63,721 bases of DNA from a virus (taxonomy: Duplodnaviria; Caudoviricetes). Below are positions 17,652 through 28,266 of this stretch, one piece after another. The position numbers and the translations under genes are program-made. The DNA lies in IMG/VR virus record IMGVR_UViG_3300024351_000643, positions 1-63,721 of that record. One strand, given 5' to 3'. The number at the start of each line of letters is the position of its first letter. The first letter of the stretch is position 1. The notes under the pieces were generated by a model, which searched no databases, had not been told where the DNA came from, and saw only the letters and a program-made list of their open reading frames with translations.

Positions 17652-17952
17652 TATGTTTTTCCCAACATTCTACTAATTGTTCTAGCATTGACCATTCGAT
17701 CACAGCTAACCGTGTTTTGCTACGGTCTGAGCCAAGTATGAGCTTGAGTACTGGATACTTATCCCTGCTGACCTTAAAAGTATCTGTACAAACTTTTGCC
17801 CAAATACTTTGCGTAATAGAGATTGATTTTTCGTACTCTTTATAATCCACCACAAAAGATCTCCACGTTGCGTCACCCTTTTGATAATCACCACGTCCAC
17901 TGTTCTTTTGTTGCTTTGCTCCATCACGCTTTGCCTCTGATCTTTCAGACAT
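17641..17952 (-). CDS. Hjc-like PD-(D/E)XK resolvase/endonuclease
   Basis: NSGRG..KGDA...VDYK. Confidence 0.6.
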   Translation of the reverse strand: MSERSEAKRDGAKQQKNSGRGDYQKGDATWRSFVVDYKEYEKSISITQSIWAKVCTDTFKVSRDKYPVLKLILGSDRSKTRLAVIEWSMLEQLVECWEKHNDI

Positions 17953-18143
17953 TACTTTAACCTATATTCATTTCTATGTCCGTCTGGACATGTCCAAAAC
18001 AAAAACATTTGTTCTGGGTCCCACCAAGCTTCGTTTGTATCTTTATCACAGACTGAACAAGGTTTTTGTCCTTCAACTTTTTGAGCATTTACTGGAATCT
18101 TGATTTCAGTTTCTTTTTTAAAGAATTCATTAATATCTGGCAT
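17952..18143 (-). CDS. Small zinc-ribbon protein
   Basis: CSVC...CPDGH. Confidence 0.65.
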   Translation of the reverse strand: MPDINEFFKKETEIKIPVNAQKVEGQKPCSVCDKDTNEAWWDPEQMFLFWTCPDGHRNEYRLK

Positions 18144-19134
18144 TTATTTCACCAGACAATGTGTCAACAACATCAGGATTTTCCTTTAAGTATTGAACTG
18201 CTTTTGCTCTTCCTTGTAAACGTTCTCCATTTACTGTGTACCAAGCTCCGCCCTTTTCAACTATGCCACACATTTCTGCAACATCTAAGGTCTCTCCAAC
18301 CTTATCTACTCCAAGGGTTTCTCCTTGATAGTAAAAGTCGTATTGTCCTGAAAGGTTAGGGGGGCCGAGTTTGTTGTAATCAATAATCCAATTGACTGGT
18401 CTGCCAACTCTTTGTTCAATGATCTTGTCACCAACCTTAATGCCCGCTTTAATTGCATTAGCTTCAGCTTCCGAAGACCATAGCTTAATGACTGTGGAAG
18501 AAAAGAATTTAACTGCCATTCCTCCTGTCGGAATGTGGGAGGCATGCATAGATCCAAATTGATTTCTTTGCTGTGAGATGAGAACCAGTAGTGTATTTTT
18601 GTTTGCATAATTTAACATTTTGACTGCGTGAGTCATATCCTTTGCTTCAGCGCCGATTTGCTTTGTATCTTGCAAATCTTTTAATTCATTTCCATCTTTT
18701 TCAAAATAAATTGCTGGAAGTAATGCTGAAATAGAATCTACAACAATTATGTCTACTTCTGCTTCCATCAATTTTGTTGCAACATCAACCATGTCGTTTA
18801 CTGTTTTAGCTGGTGAGTAGATAAGGGAAGATGAATCTACTCCTAAAGATTCTGCCCATTCTGCAGAATAAGAATGCTCAGCATCAATCCAAGCGCATGT
18901 CTTTCCATTTTTTTGTGCTTCTGCAATCATTTGTAAACAAAAGGAAGATTTTCCAGCGGATTTATTTCCCCAAATTAAAACTTGTCTGCCAAAGCCTAGT
19001 CCGCCTTGAAGAGCAAAATTTAATCCTATGCTTGGAGTTGGTTGCTTTTCTACAACTACATCCTGTGCTGACTGGACTCTTGCTCTTGTTTTTGGATCAA
19101 GCTTTGATAGTATATCATCTATCAATATTGTCAT
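18130..19134 (-). CDS. recA: RecA recombinase
   Basis: GNKSAGKS, WIDAEH, IVVDSISAL, PTGGMAVKF, KGGAWY. Confidence 0.95.
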   Translation of the reverse strand: MTILIDDILSKLDPKTRARVQSAQDVVVEKQPTPSIGLNFALQGGLGFGRQVLIWGNKSAGKSSFCLQMIAEAQKNGKTCAWIDAEHSYSAEWAESLGVDSSSLIYSPAKTVNDMVDVATKLMEAEVDIIVVDSISALLPAIYFEKDGNELKDLQDTKQIGAEAKDMTHAVKMLNYANKNTLLVLISQQRNQFGSMHASHIPTGGMAVKFFSSTVIKLWSSEAEANAIKAGIKVGDKIIEQRVGRPVNWIIDYNKLGPPNLSGQYDFYYQGETLGVDKVGETLDVAEMCGIVEKGGAWYTVNGERLQGRAKAVQYLKENPDVVDTLSGEINARY

Positions 19135-19164
19135 TTTTTCTCTTTCTTTTGTATTATTATATCA

Positions 19165-19521
19165 TTAAAAACGATTGCCGTGAAGTGCTGGTCTTCCCTT
19201 ATTTTTTTCTACCTTTTGAAATAAAATTTCATCAAGACTGTGTTCAATTTGATTTGTATCTCTCATGGCTGCATATAAATCTAGCAATCTAATAATTATG
19301 TCTGCCATCTCTTCTACAACCTCTTGAGACCCTTTGTCTTTACGGATAGCCTCCAAAACTTCAGTAACTTCCGAATGTACGAGAGCAAGTTTATTACCAA
19401 TTTTGTCATAGTTTATTTCTCCATCCCAGAATCCTTTTTCAATTGCTGTCTCATGCAAAATTGCTGCTAGGGCATCTAGGCCGTAGTCGGTCAATAGAAC
19501 AATATCATCCTGTCTACTCAT
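19165..19521 (-). CDS. mazG: MazG-like NTP pyrophosphohydrolase
   Basis: LVHSEVTEVLEA...EEMADIIIR. Confidence 0.8.
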   Translation of the reverse strand: MSRQDDIVLLTDYGLDALAAILHETAIEKGFWDGEINYDKIGNKLALVHSEVTEVLEAIRKDKGSQEVVEEMADIIIRLLDLYAAMRDTNQIEHSLDEILFQKVEKNKGRPALHGNRF

Positions 19522-19708
19522 TGCTCTCCTTTAATGAAAATACAAACAAAGTTCCATCTTCGTTTACGCTAACAACTAATTCTGAATTAGGAACATCTGC
19601 AAAAAATCCTACTGGTATCTCTACCTTTTTAATTTGCTGCAAAACACCAATTAAAATTTTATTTGGGTTTAATGATTTAAAATATTCCTCTAGCGGGACA
19701 TCTTCCAT
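19514..19708 (-). CDS. Hypothetical protein
   Basis: Coupled to the dnaE stop. Confidence 0.7.
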   Translation of the reverse strand: MEDVPLEEYFKSLNPNKILIGVLQQIKKVEIPVGFFADVPNSELVVSVNEDGTLFVFSLKESNE

Positions 19709-22700
19709 TACTTTATCTCCTTTATATTTAAAGTGCCATCTTCTAATTTAGATAAGATTGGCTTACATCTCATTCCTTCTCGCATTTTTGCAAGAGTTTG
19801 TTTATACATTGTTGGAAAAGCAATTGCTCTAACCAACTCTTTATCCTTGTTTGTCATTACTATGTGGCTCATAGTTTTACCAGCCTTTGTTTGATAAGGT
19901 GTAAAATTAATGACCATGTACTCGTCTTCCGATAAATCATATTGTTTTTGATACAAATACTTAACAAAAAGATCTTCAGAGTCTGGATTAATATCACTAA
20001 CCTTTACATATCGTGATATTCTATTGTCTCCTACTAATATAAAGTACATTTGTCCAGGCTCAATCTGTGTTTGCTCATGATGGAACAAACCAATAGAACC
20101 AGTTTCGTCTACTAGCTCGACACGTGCCCACCCAGTTCCTCGTTTAATTGACTTAACCATTCCAAACATAACAAATGATCCTAAGTCATCAAACTCTTCA
20201 ATAGGTCTAGCCTGTGCTTTAATTCTAGGAGGTATTCCATCAAGATTAAATGCTGGAATTCCTAGGTACTCGTAGTAATTATCTTTTTCGTTACCGCTTC
20301 TCTCATTGTCTTTAAATGCACAACCGCCGATAGAATTAAGTGCTTGTATAGCACGACTATTAATTCCAGAGCCTTTCTTTGAAGCAACCTCAACAAATTC
20401 AGCATAAGTTTTAAATGGACGTGCATCAATAATTTTATTTGCAATATTGTCTGAAATATATTTAACTTCCGCAAGTCCAAATCTGATTGCATTGTCTTTC
20501 AAAGAAAAATAAACATCTGACTCATTAACGTGTGGCAAAAGAACCTTTAAGCCCAAACGCTTTGCTTCAATTAAATATTCTGTTCTCGCATCTTTATCAT
20601 TTTCGTTTTTAAGAACTGAAAACATGAATTCAAGAGGATAATAGGACTTAAGCCAAGCAGTATAATAACTAAGCATAGAGTAAGCAACAGCATGGGAGCG
20701 GTTGAAAGAATAACCAGCATGAGCCTCAAACATATGCCAAAGTGTCTCTGCTTGTTTCTTAGAAATGTGCTTTGAAGCGCCATCAATAAACTTATCCTTG
20801 AACTGGTCGAACTCTCTCGCATCCTTTTTCTTACCAATGATCTTACGTACCTTATCGGCTTCAGACCATGTCATCCCTCCTAGGTGTACGCATGCCTGCA
20901 TAACCTGTTCTTGATATATGATAACACCATATGTATTTTCTGTAAAAGGCCTCATGATTGGATGAGTATAGGTGATGTCTTGTTGACCCTGCTTACGCTT
21001 AATGTATGCATCACCTACAGTCTTCATAGCTCCTGGACGAACTAAAGCATTAGATGCAGCAAGGTCTTCAAATTTGTCTACACCCATCTTAATCAATAGG
21101 TTTGTGTAAGGTGTTGCTTCTGCCTGAAAGATTCCCTTTGTGTATCCTTCATTTAACATCTTGTAAACATTTGCATCATCTAAAGGAAGTTCAGAAAGGT
21201 TGATATCTTTACCAGTTCTTTCTTTGATTGACTTTAATGTATCTGAAATAACAGACAAAGTTTTTAGACCTAGTGCATCAAGTTTAATCAAACCGATATC
21301 TGCAACTGTATCCATGTCATAAGCAACAACTGGGATACGTCCAGAAACCTTATCTTGAGCATCTTCTCTAGATTCAACTGGAGCATACTTTCTAATATCA
21401 TCTTTTGCAACCACCACACCTGCAGCGTGTACACCAACAGAGCGAATTCGGCCACGTAATCTTTCTGCAAGCCAAATTACCTCAGGATATTTAGCCCTAA
21501 ACTCTTTTGTATTTGGTGATTCCATGAAATCTTCAAAAGTATCAACCTGCTTTAATGCTCTATTTACATCTTGTAAAGGAACCATGAATACACGAGCAGC
21601 ATCACGTACAACACCCTTATCCTTAAAATAAGTAAATGTAGAAATAGAAGCTACGTGCTTGAACTTCTTCTTTAAATAATCTTTAACTTCTTTGCGACGA
21701 CGATCCTCAAAGTCTGTATCGATATCTGGAAAGTCATTTCGCTCTGGGTTAATGAATCGGAAGAACAGTAGATCATATTTAATTGGATCAACATCTGTAA
21801 TTCCTAATGCATAACAAACTAAAGATCCAGCTGCCGAACCACGGCCAGGACCCACTTTAATATTGTTTTCTTTTGCCCAATTAATCATATCTGCAACAAC
21901 AAGAAAATAGGATGCAAATTTTTTATCCTTAATCACAGATAGCTCTTCATTAAGCCTATCTACGTAGACCTTATCTTGATCTAGGGATAGGCGTTTAAGG
22001 CCTTCTGAGGCCATCTCAGCCAGTTTCTTGTCTGCATTGGTCTTAGGTACTGGCAAAAGGTCTAATCCGCTGTTAAACTCGTATTCGCCAATTTTAGAGG
22101 CTACCTCCATGGTATTGTCGAATATGTCTGTTCTATTTACGCCAGCTTTTTTAAAATCCGACTCAATTTCATCACGTGTCTGAATAAATAAATTATAATC
22201 TTGAAATGAAATTTTCCTATCTGGATAAAGATAATTAAATCTATCAAGCATATCCTGCTTAGTTCTAGAAATTTCAAAATCAGCCTCTTTGTCCATTTTT
22301 GGATTTGTGGACAAAATCAGCATTGCTTCTTCTAATACTTTATCTTCACCCTTAGCAAAATGTGCGTCTCCAGTTGCAACCGCTTTAATTTTTAATTCAT
22401 CTGCTAACTCAAGTAATTTTTCATTTATTTCTTGGGGGTTATGAGATTGAACCTCAACGTAAAAATCTTCGCCAAAAGTTTGCTTAAAATCTTTGAGTAT
22501 AAGTTTGGCTTCTGAGAATTCCTGACGTTCAATGCATTTACTAATAAGACCATTAAGACATCCGCTAAGTACAATAATACCTTCCGCATACTCTTTAAGC
22601 ACCTCCCTATCAATACGTGGCTTATGGTAAAACCCTTCGTTCCACGCAATTTCCTGTAAAGCATTTATGTTAGCTAATCCAACATTATTCTTAGCAAGAA

Positions 22701-22977
22701 GAATAATATGATTATATGCTTGAATAGATTTGTCTGTCTTAGAAGATTTATCAAATCTATCTGTTGGAGAAATATACGCCTCAACACCCAATATCGGCTT
22801 TATGCCCAACTCTTTTGCTGCAATTTGCATATCACGATGAGAAGACAAAGTTCCATGATCTGTAATTGCAATTGCAGTCTGACCAGCATCAATTGCTGCT
22901 TGGCATAATTCTTTTGGAGAATTTAATCCATCCATCAAACTATAATAACTATGTACGTGTAGGTGTGTAAAACTCAT
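19708..22977 (-). CDS. dnaE: DNA polymerase III alpha subunit with intact PHP domain
   Basis: HLHVHSYYS, TDHG, GRGSAAGS, PDIDTD, YSFNRSH. Confidence 0.97.
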   Translation of the reverse strand: MSFTHLHVHSYYSLMDGLNSPKELCQAAIDAGQTAIAITDHGTLSSHRDMQIAAKELGIKPILGVEAYISPTDRFDKSSKTDKSIQAYNHIILLAKNNVGLANINALQEIAWNEGFYHKPRIDREVLKEYAEGIIVLSGCLNGLISKCIERQEFSEAKLILKDFKQTFGEDFYVEVQSHNPQEINEKLLELADELKIKAVATGDAHFAKGEDKVLEEAMLILSTNPKMDKEADFEISRTKQDMLDRFNYLYPDRKISFQDYNLFIQTRDEIESDFKKAGVNRTDIFDNTMEVASKIGEYEFNSGLDLLPVPKTNADKKLAEMASEGLKRLSLDQDKVYVDRLNEELSVIKDKKFASYFLVVADMINWAKENNIKVGPGRGSAAGSLVCYALGITDVDPIKYDLLFFRFINPERNDFPDIDTDFEDRRRKEVKDYLKKKFKHVASISTFTYFKDKGVVRDAARVFMVPLQDVNRALKQVDTFEDFMESPNTKEFRAKYPEVIWLAERLRGRIRSVGVHAAGVVVAKDDIRKYAPVESREDAQDKVSGRIPVVAYDMDTVADIGLIKLDALGLKTLSVISDTLKSIKERTGKDINLSELPLDDANVYKMLNEGYTKGIFQAEATPYTNLLIKMGVDKFEDLAASNALVRPGAMKTVGDAYIKRKQGQQDITYTHPIMRPFTENTYGVIIYQEQVMQACVHLGGMTWSEADKVRKIIGKKKDAREFDQFKDKFIDGASKHISKKQAETLWHMFEAHAGYSFNRSHAVAYSMLSYYTAWLKSYYPLEFMFSVLKNENDKDARTEYLIEAKRLGLKVLLPHVNESDVYFSLKDNAIRFGLAEVKYISDNIANKIIDARPFKTYAEFVEVASKKGSGINSRAIQALNSIGGCAFKDNERSGNEKDNYYEYLGIPAFNLDGIPPRIKAQARPIEEFDDLGSFVMFGMVKSIKRGTGWARVELVDETGSIGLFHHEQTQIEPGQMYFILVGDNRISRYVKVSDINPDSEDLFVKYLYQKQYDLSEDEYMVINFTPYQTKAGKTMSHIVMTNKDKELVRAIAFPTMYKQTLAKMREGMRCKPILSKLEDGTLNIKEIK

Positions 22978-23000
22978 GTCGCTATTCTACTAAATAGATT

Positions 23001-23024
23001 AGGGGCAGTCAATAGACTGCCCCT
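23001..23024 (-). terminator. GC-rich hairpin after the SSB gene
   Basis: AGGGGCAGTC-aata-GACTGCCCCT; weak U-tract. Confidence 0.55.
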
Positions 23025-23037
23025 TCTCATTTTAGAT

Positions 23038-23709
23038 TTACCAGTCTACGCTGCTAGATGAAGCATCTGATTCCTCAGCAGATGAACCTTCACCTGCAAA
23101 AAATGCTTCTTGTTCTGTATAAGGCATATCACGAACTGCAGACTCTTCAAGTTTGTATAACTCAAGGCCTGATGCATCAAATGGTGTTTCATCTTTTGCA
23201 AGAGGAATAATTGTATAACTTGTATCTGTCTTCATTCCTGAACGCTTAATACGCCACATGAGGTTTGTAATTGAACCCATTTCTCCAGCGTATTCGATTA
23301 GGGTAGGTGTTACTGTTTTACCACTTGAACCTTGTGAAAGAATTGCAACATAAGGTTCTTCCTTGCCATCATCTACTAATACGTTAATATAAAGTCGTGA
23401 ACGACCCTTCCATCCCGCCTTGTAATCTTTGCGGTGCTGTTCGCATCCAAAACACTTACCCTGGTCGTCCATCGAGCACAATGCCTTACGACGGTAATCT
23501 TTTGGATTTGTATGTTCTACTGCAATAAAACCGAGACCTAGCGCCTCGTTATAATTTGGTGAATCTGGATCAAGTTCCTGAAGAAAACGAATCTTAATGC
23601 TTTCTCCGTCTTCAAGCTTTACCCAGCGACCCTTTGTTCCATCGCCACCAGTTGATTGTGGCTTGTCCATAACCTTGTTTAGGTCTTTTAGTCCTTTTAC
23701 GATACCCAT
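23038..23709 (-). CDS. Single-stranded DNA-binding protein (gp32-like)
   Basis: IRFL, His/Cys Zn site, KRSG..TDTSY, acidic tail ending DW; lies between primase and polymerase. Confidence 0.7.
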   Translation of the reverse strand: MGIVKGLKDLNKVMDKPQSTGGDGTKGRWVKLEDGESIKIRFLQELDPDSPNYNEALGLGFIAVEHTNPKDYRRKALCSMDDQGKCFGCEQHRKDYKAGWKGRSRLYINVLVDDGKEEPYVAILSQGSSGKTVTPTLIEYAGEMGSITNLMWRIKRSGMKTDTSYTIIPLAKDETPFDASGLELYKLEESAVRDMPYTEQEAFFAGEGSSAEESDASSSSVDW

Positions 23710-23762
23710 TTTTTCTCCTAGTTTATAGTTGACGGTATAGATCCGTCTGTATCTTTATTATA

Positions 23763-24761
23763 TCACGAATGCCAAGATTTGTATTCAATATCTGAAACAG
23801 CATTGTTAATACAAACCTTAATCTCTTCGTCTGTCATATCTCCTGCATCTTTTGCTTCGTGAGGATATATCTTACCATATTCATACGAAGCCCACAAGAT
23901 GTCTTTGTTACGTAATTTGTCTGCAATTGCTGAGCCTAGCTCTCTTCCAGCAACGTCTGCGTCTGTCATTATAATAATCCTATTAAAGTATTTATTTAAT
24001 AATGCATGCTGCTCTTTAGACAAAAACCCTCCTAGTGTTGCTACAACATTTGGAAAGCCTGCTTGATGAATCCTTATTGCATCAAAATTAGATTCAACAA
24101 CAATAACATTTCCACCAATCTTTTTTGCACGGTGAACATTAAATAATGTTTTGCTTTTTGGCAGGTCCGTGCTATTCTTAAAAGTTTTTCCTTCGATAGA
24201 TCTTCCAACAATGCCAATCGGGATTCCGTCTGGACTGTGAACTGGGGTAACTACCATCTTCATATTTTCTGAATAGCCTAGTTCAAAATATTTCATTGTC
24301 TCAATATTTATTTTTCTTGAAAGCAAATAGCTTTTTGCTTTTTCGTTTTGAGCAAGATCAAGATGTAGCCTATAAATTGTGTCATAAGAAAACTCTTTAA
24401 AGTCTGGTTTTTCTTCCATCATTGCTTGAAGCATTTCATCAAAACCATCCAAAGATTCCTGACCTTTTGCAGCTATTAATCTGAGGGCTTGGAAATTATT
24501 TTTATTAGACACCCTTCTAACCAATTCTATTAATGAACCAGATTCTCCACACGCTGGGTTATAGCAAAGCCATGCACCAGATACCTTGCTTATGCAACAG
24601 CTTGCACTATGTCTATTTGAATGAAATGGGCAGTAAAACATAAGGTCGTCGCCAGGCTCGCTAGTTATATCTAAACCCAATTCTTTTAGAATTGATTTGA
24701 TTTGACCTGGTGCGTACTGCGTGGAATTAACTTGCTTTGTTGTATTCCCTCGTATTCCCAT
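23763..24761 (-). CDS. dnaG: DNA primase (start refined)
   Basis: CPFH zinc finger, VVESNFDA, MTDADVAG TOPRIM. Confidence 0.92.
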   Translation of the reverse strand: MGIRGNTTKQVNSTQYAPGQIKSILKELGLDITSEPGDDLMFYCPFHSNRHSASCCISKVSGAWLCYNPACGESGSLIELVRRVSNKNNFQALRLIAAKGQESLDGFDEMLQAMMEEKPDFKEFSYDTIYRLHLDLAQNEKAKSYLLSRKINIETMKYFELGYSENMKMVVTPVHSPDGIPIGIVGRSIEGKTFKNSTDLPKSKTLFNVHRAKKIGGNVIVVESNFDAIRIHQAGFPNVVATLGGFLSKEQHALLNKYFNRIIIMTDADVAGRELGSAIADKLRNKDILWASYEYGKIYPHEAKDAGDMTDEEIKVCINNAVSDIEYKSWHS

Positions 24762-25009
24762 GACTTCTTCTTTCCTATATATATACCGTATAGTGTCATT
24801 AAAAACACCCACGTTTGACCATCAAATTCTACCGAAAAGCTTGGGTCTAAGTCAAGTACCCTTATGTAACCCTTGCCCCTCATATCTTGAGTTAATAAAC
24901 TTTCATATTGAGCACGTACTCTTATCATGTCAGAGTCATCTCTAAATTTAACTTTGACCTGAAATTTTTTTATATTCCTATGGTTGATTATTCTGGAATG
25001 GGTTTTCAT
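24686..25009 (-). CDS. Hypothetical protein
   Basis: ORF between dnaB and dnaG. Confidence 0.65.
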   Translation of the reverse strand: MKTHSRIINHRNIKKFQVKVKFRDDSDMIRVRAQYESLLTQDMRGKGYIRVLDLDPSFSVEFDGQTWVFLMTLYGIYIGKKKSWEYEGIQQSKLIPRSTHQVKSNQF

Positions 25010-26216
25010 AAATTTCTTTCACAATACCTCTATTGATATCCCAGTCTAAATAAAAATTAAAATCATTACCGTGTCTATTCTTTCTAGAAATAACTTCAAT
25101 CATATTTGTATTTGGATACCTGTGAATTGCCATAGCCATATCTGCATCGTACTCGATAGCCTTCGACCAAGCGACCTGGCTCATCATTGGAGGGTTGTCT
25201 TGATCTGAAATATCATCTGCAGTTGCAGCGGTAATATCAATAACTGGAATATTGTTTGTAACAGCAAGCAACTTAAACTCACGAGAAATATTTCTATTAC
25301 GTTCAACTTCAGAATTGCTTCTCTTGTTATCATTAAACAACTGATGGTAGTCTAATATTACAAGGTCTGGCTTGTGCTGATCAATTTTACCTTGAACGGT
25401 AGCTGGAGTAACCTCAGCAGTTCCTTCATTTGAAATTAGAATAAAACTATTTTTGCCTTCAAACTTTTTCTTTCCCCAAGATTTAAAATCATCAATATTA
25501 ATATCACCCTTGGACAAATCGCTTGCCTTAAATAATCCAGAACCCATCATTGTATATATACGATCACGCATATTTTCTGGAGACATTTCAAGAGAAATAA
25601 TCATTGGTTTAAATCCCTGTTCCCAAGCTTTACATGCTAGGTATGATGTAAACCATGTCTTACCACGGCCTGGCCATCCAATAGCTACAATGAGGTGTCC
25701 TGGGGCCATGCCAGTTGGGTATGCTTTATCGATAGCTTGAAAACCAGTAAGAATTCCTGGGCTTCCACCCATAATCGCTGAACGTTCTTTTACTGATAGG
25801 AAATGATTTTCTGCAGACTCAATATCAATAACATCTAAATCTCTTACATTGTTTGTAAACTTACTAAGACTCGCAAGCTTACTTTGCATTTCGGAAAGAA
25901 CACGAGCAGCAGCATCTTCCTTTAATGCCGAACCGCTTTGCAGAATAATTGACTTAAGTCTATTAGATAAATATTCATTCTTAAGCTTATCTAGATAATA
26001 CCCAGTTTCGGCTTTAGTTTCAACAACCTCAAAATCTTTAAACTTTTCAATTAGAACTCCAGCTTCTGGTACAGCCTTAAACTTATAGTAATATGACTTT
26101 AACCCATCCCAGATATCTCTATGTGATGTAAAGATTTCATCTACGTTATCTGCAAGTAATGTGCTAATGTCTTTATTTTTGCAAACTGCAGATATTAGTT
26201 CTGCTTCTGTATTCAC
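24978..26216 (-). CDS. dnaB: DnaB-like replicative helicase
   Basis: GWPGRGKT, SLEM, ILDY, IEYDAD, KNRHG. Confidence 0.93.
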   Translation of the reverse strand: MNTEAELISAVCKNKDISTLLADNVDEIFTSHRDIWDGLKSYYYKFKAVPEAGVLIEKFKDFEVVETKAETGYYLDKLKNEYLSNRLKSIILQSGSALKEDAAARVLSEMQSKLASLSKFTNNVRDLDVIDIESAENHFLSVKERSAIMGGSPGILTGFQAIDKAYPTGMAPGHLIVAIGWPGRGKTWFTSYLACKAWEQGFKPMIISLEMSPENMRDRIYTMMGSGLFKASDLSKGDINIDDFKSWGKKKFEGKNSFILISNEGTAEVTPATVQGKIDQHKPDLVILDYHQLFNDNKRSNSEVERNRNISREFKLLAVTNNIPVIDITAATADDISDQDNPPMMSQVAWSKAIEYDADMAMAIHRYPNTNMIEVISRKNRHGNDFNFYLDWDINRGIVKEIYENPFQNNQP

Positions 26217-26533
26217 TGGTTTCCGCCCTCTACCATTTCTTTAGTTTCTTTCAACAACCTTTGTCTGTTAAGTTTATCACGATCTATTTCTTTTTTTAGA
26301 GTATCCATTTTGTCAAAATTATAAAAGAAAAACTGAAGGGGGTGCCCATTCTTATTGATTACAAAATAATACTCTAATAGTTCTTTAGCCCTGTCAAAAC
26401 CTACGCTATCAATAACATCTTGCATAGCCCACTTTTCTCTAAACTTATTCATTGTTGGCATCTTGTTATATTTATCTTTATACAAATTTGAGTACAATGA
26501 AAGTAGTACGTAGGGCTCTTTGCTATTTGCCAC
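26213..26533 (-). CDS. Hypothetical protein (possible helicase loader)
   Basis: Overlaps the dnaB start. Confidence 0.7.
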   Translation of the reverse strand: MANSKEPYVLLSLYSNLYKDKYNKMPTMNKFREKWAMQDVIDSVGFDRAKELLEYYFVINKNGHPLQFFFYNFDKMDTLKKEIDRDKLNRQRLLKETKEMVEGGNQ

Positions 26534-26726
26534 GCTTGAGCTCTTCTTCTACTTCTTGAGTCTTTTCAATAAGCTTATTTTCTACAAAGCCATAGACTCT
26601 TTCTGTTGCAGCATCAACAGTCTCTCCTTGACGAACATCATCTTCTACGCCTACGCCAATTTTAATGCTCTCGTAGTTTCCTAAATTTCTAGTAAAAGAT
26701 AGGTCAACCTTTACTCTTGTTGTCAT
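26523..26726 (-). CDS. Hypothetical phage protein
   Basis: TRNLGNYES motif. Confidence 0.75.
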   Translation of the reverse strand: MTTRVKVDLSFTRNLGNYESIKIGVGVEDDVRQGETVDAATERVYGFVENKLIEKTQEVEEELKRGK

Positions 26727-26829
26727 GTTCCGCCTTTCTATGTCTAGCTAAAGTTTCGTGAGCAAATATGCCTGAACGAACTTCAATTTCCTTTTTACAA
26801 ACCTCACAAATAACTACTCTACCAGCCAT
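26704..26829 (-). CDS. 41-aa C2H2-like zinc peptide (MAGRVVICEVCKKE...HETLARH); not in ORF track
   Basis: Manual translation; TGATG coupling. Confidence 0.6.
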   Translation of the reverse strand: MAGRVVICEVCKKEIEVRSGIFAHETLARHRKAEHDNKSKG

Positions 26830-27311
26830 CAGTCCGCCTTCCATACTGGCACAAATCCGCTATCTGTCTTAGTATACAATATAATATTGTTTTTGAGAAT
26901 AGCCTGAAGCTCAGTTTTTGAAGGAACATTTTTTGAATGTCCTGATTCTAGAATATGTTCATGGATGTCATAAATGTTTTTATGACTAAACATATATCTA
27001 AACCATGTGTAATTATCCTGCCTGCTTATTGGATATATTATATGTGGCGTAAGGACTTTACCCTCAATAATATAATCCTGAATTGTAACTCTGTGCTTAT
27101 TTAAAATTTCAGAGACTTCTAAAATAGAATAAGCTTTTTCCATATTCTTTTTTACTTGTGAGTATGAATACAGAACTCTTTTCTTATCTGGATAGCACCA
27201 AGCAACAAGCTCATCTTTTGATCTAGATGCTTTTAAAACCTTATGTATTTTATCGTTTAAGAAGAAATACTGTAGGCTTTTCTGTTTAACTCTTCTTTTT
27301 CGTTCAGCCAT
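26829..27311 (-). CDS. Hypothetical protein with an HTH-like segment
   Basis: YSILEVSEILNKHRVTIQDY. Confidence 0.7.
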   Translation of the reverse strand: MAERKRRVKQKSLQYFFLNDKIHKVLKASRSKDELVAWCYPDKKRVLYSYSQVKKNMEKAYSILEVSEILNKHRVTIQDYIIEGKVLTPHIIYPISRQDNYTWFRYMFSHKNIYDIHEHILESGHSKNVPSKTELQAILKNNIILYTKTDSGFVPVWKAD

Positions 27312-27448
27312 CTTCCAAACCTACTCGTTTCTTTGCTAACCATCCATCTCTTACCGCACATGATACAAAAAAGCTCCATGCTTGTTAATTGAGAAAATAC
27401 TCTATCAACAAATACTCTGCCATTACATTTTTGGCATCTCATCATCAT
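27257..27448 (-). CDS. Zinc-ribbon protein
   Basis: CQKC...CIMC. Confidence 0.7.
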   Translation of the reverse strand: MMMRCQKCNGRVFVDRVFSQLTSMELFCIMCGKRWMVSKETSRFGRWLNEKEELNRKAYSISS

Positions 27449-28245
27449 AAGCTAAACACCTTCCCGTCTACAACGCATGTGTAATCTGGAGAAATATGAA
27501 TCATTTGAATATGAGGATAATCATTTACAATGTGTGCCACCGCAAATCCTTTTTGCCAATCGTGGTGCTGCGAGTACTTCATACCGCTTGACTTCTCATC
27601 ACACATGTGACCAATCTCATACCCACGGATTGTTTCCCCTTTGCCATTATTTCTTAATTCATAAGTCTGCAAATGAGATGCAATTCTGTGAGAGTGACCA
27701 CGGATTAAAGAAACCTGTAAATCATTCATGTCTGCACGTACAGCACCAGTTGTGGCTACTGATAGTCCATGGTGTACGTGTATGTCTCCAAACCTACGCT
27801 TAGGTAATTCATTATAATAAATATATTCATACCCTAATGAGTCAAGTGACCACAGGGCTTCTGGGGTTACTTGATCAATATAATCTGGAAGCTTTGCATC
27901 AACATAATTAAAAATTCTAATGTCGTGATTTCCTAAAGCAGAAAACAATTGTGCATCTGGTAACATCTCACGAGTTTTTGCATAAAAATCTCTTGCACCT
28001 TTGGCTTCGTGTCTCATTGTTGGAAGAATTAAATCTTTGCTGTCTGTTTTATGTAAATTTAAAAATTCAGCAGATCTTCCTTCAGTATACTTGCTGTAAC
28101 AAGCTTGGTCATCAGTATCTCCTAAGTAGTCTACCACATCAGGTTTAAACCACTTCATTACCTTAAACCAAAGCTCAATTGCTTTATCATCTTGATATGG
28201 GAACTGCTGATCTGATGACAGCATCCACTTTAAATCGTTTGCCAT
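27445..28245 (-). CDS. Calcineurin-like metallophosphoesterase
   Basis: SDQQ, LGD, GNHD, HHG, GHSH. Confidence 0.88.
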   Translation of the reverse strand: MANDLKWMLSSDQQFPYQDDKAIELWFKVMKWFKPDVVDYLGDTDDQACYSKYTEGRSAEFLNLHKTDSKDLILPTMRHEAKGARDFYAKTREMLPDAQLFSALGNHDIRIFNYVDAKLPDYIDQVTPEALWSLDSLGYEYIYYNELPKRRFGDIHVHHGLSVATTGAVRADMNDLQVSLIRGHSHRIASHLQTYELRNNGKGETIRGYEIGHMCDEKSSGMKYSQHHDWQKGFAVAHIVNDYPHIQMIHISPDYTCVVDGKVFSL

Positions 28246-28266
28246 TTATTTCCTCAAAATATACAA

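Noticed and set aside
19708-22977. Intein or intron in dnaE (also checked terL, dnaB, recA)
   Set aside because: Lengths are normal and motifs are continuous
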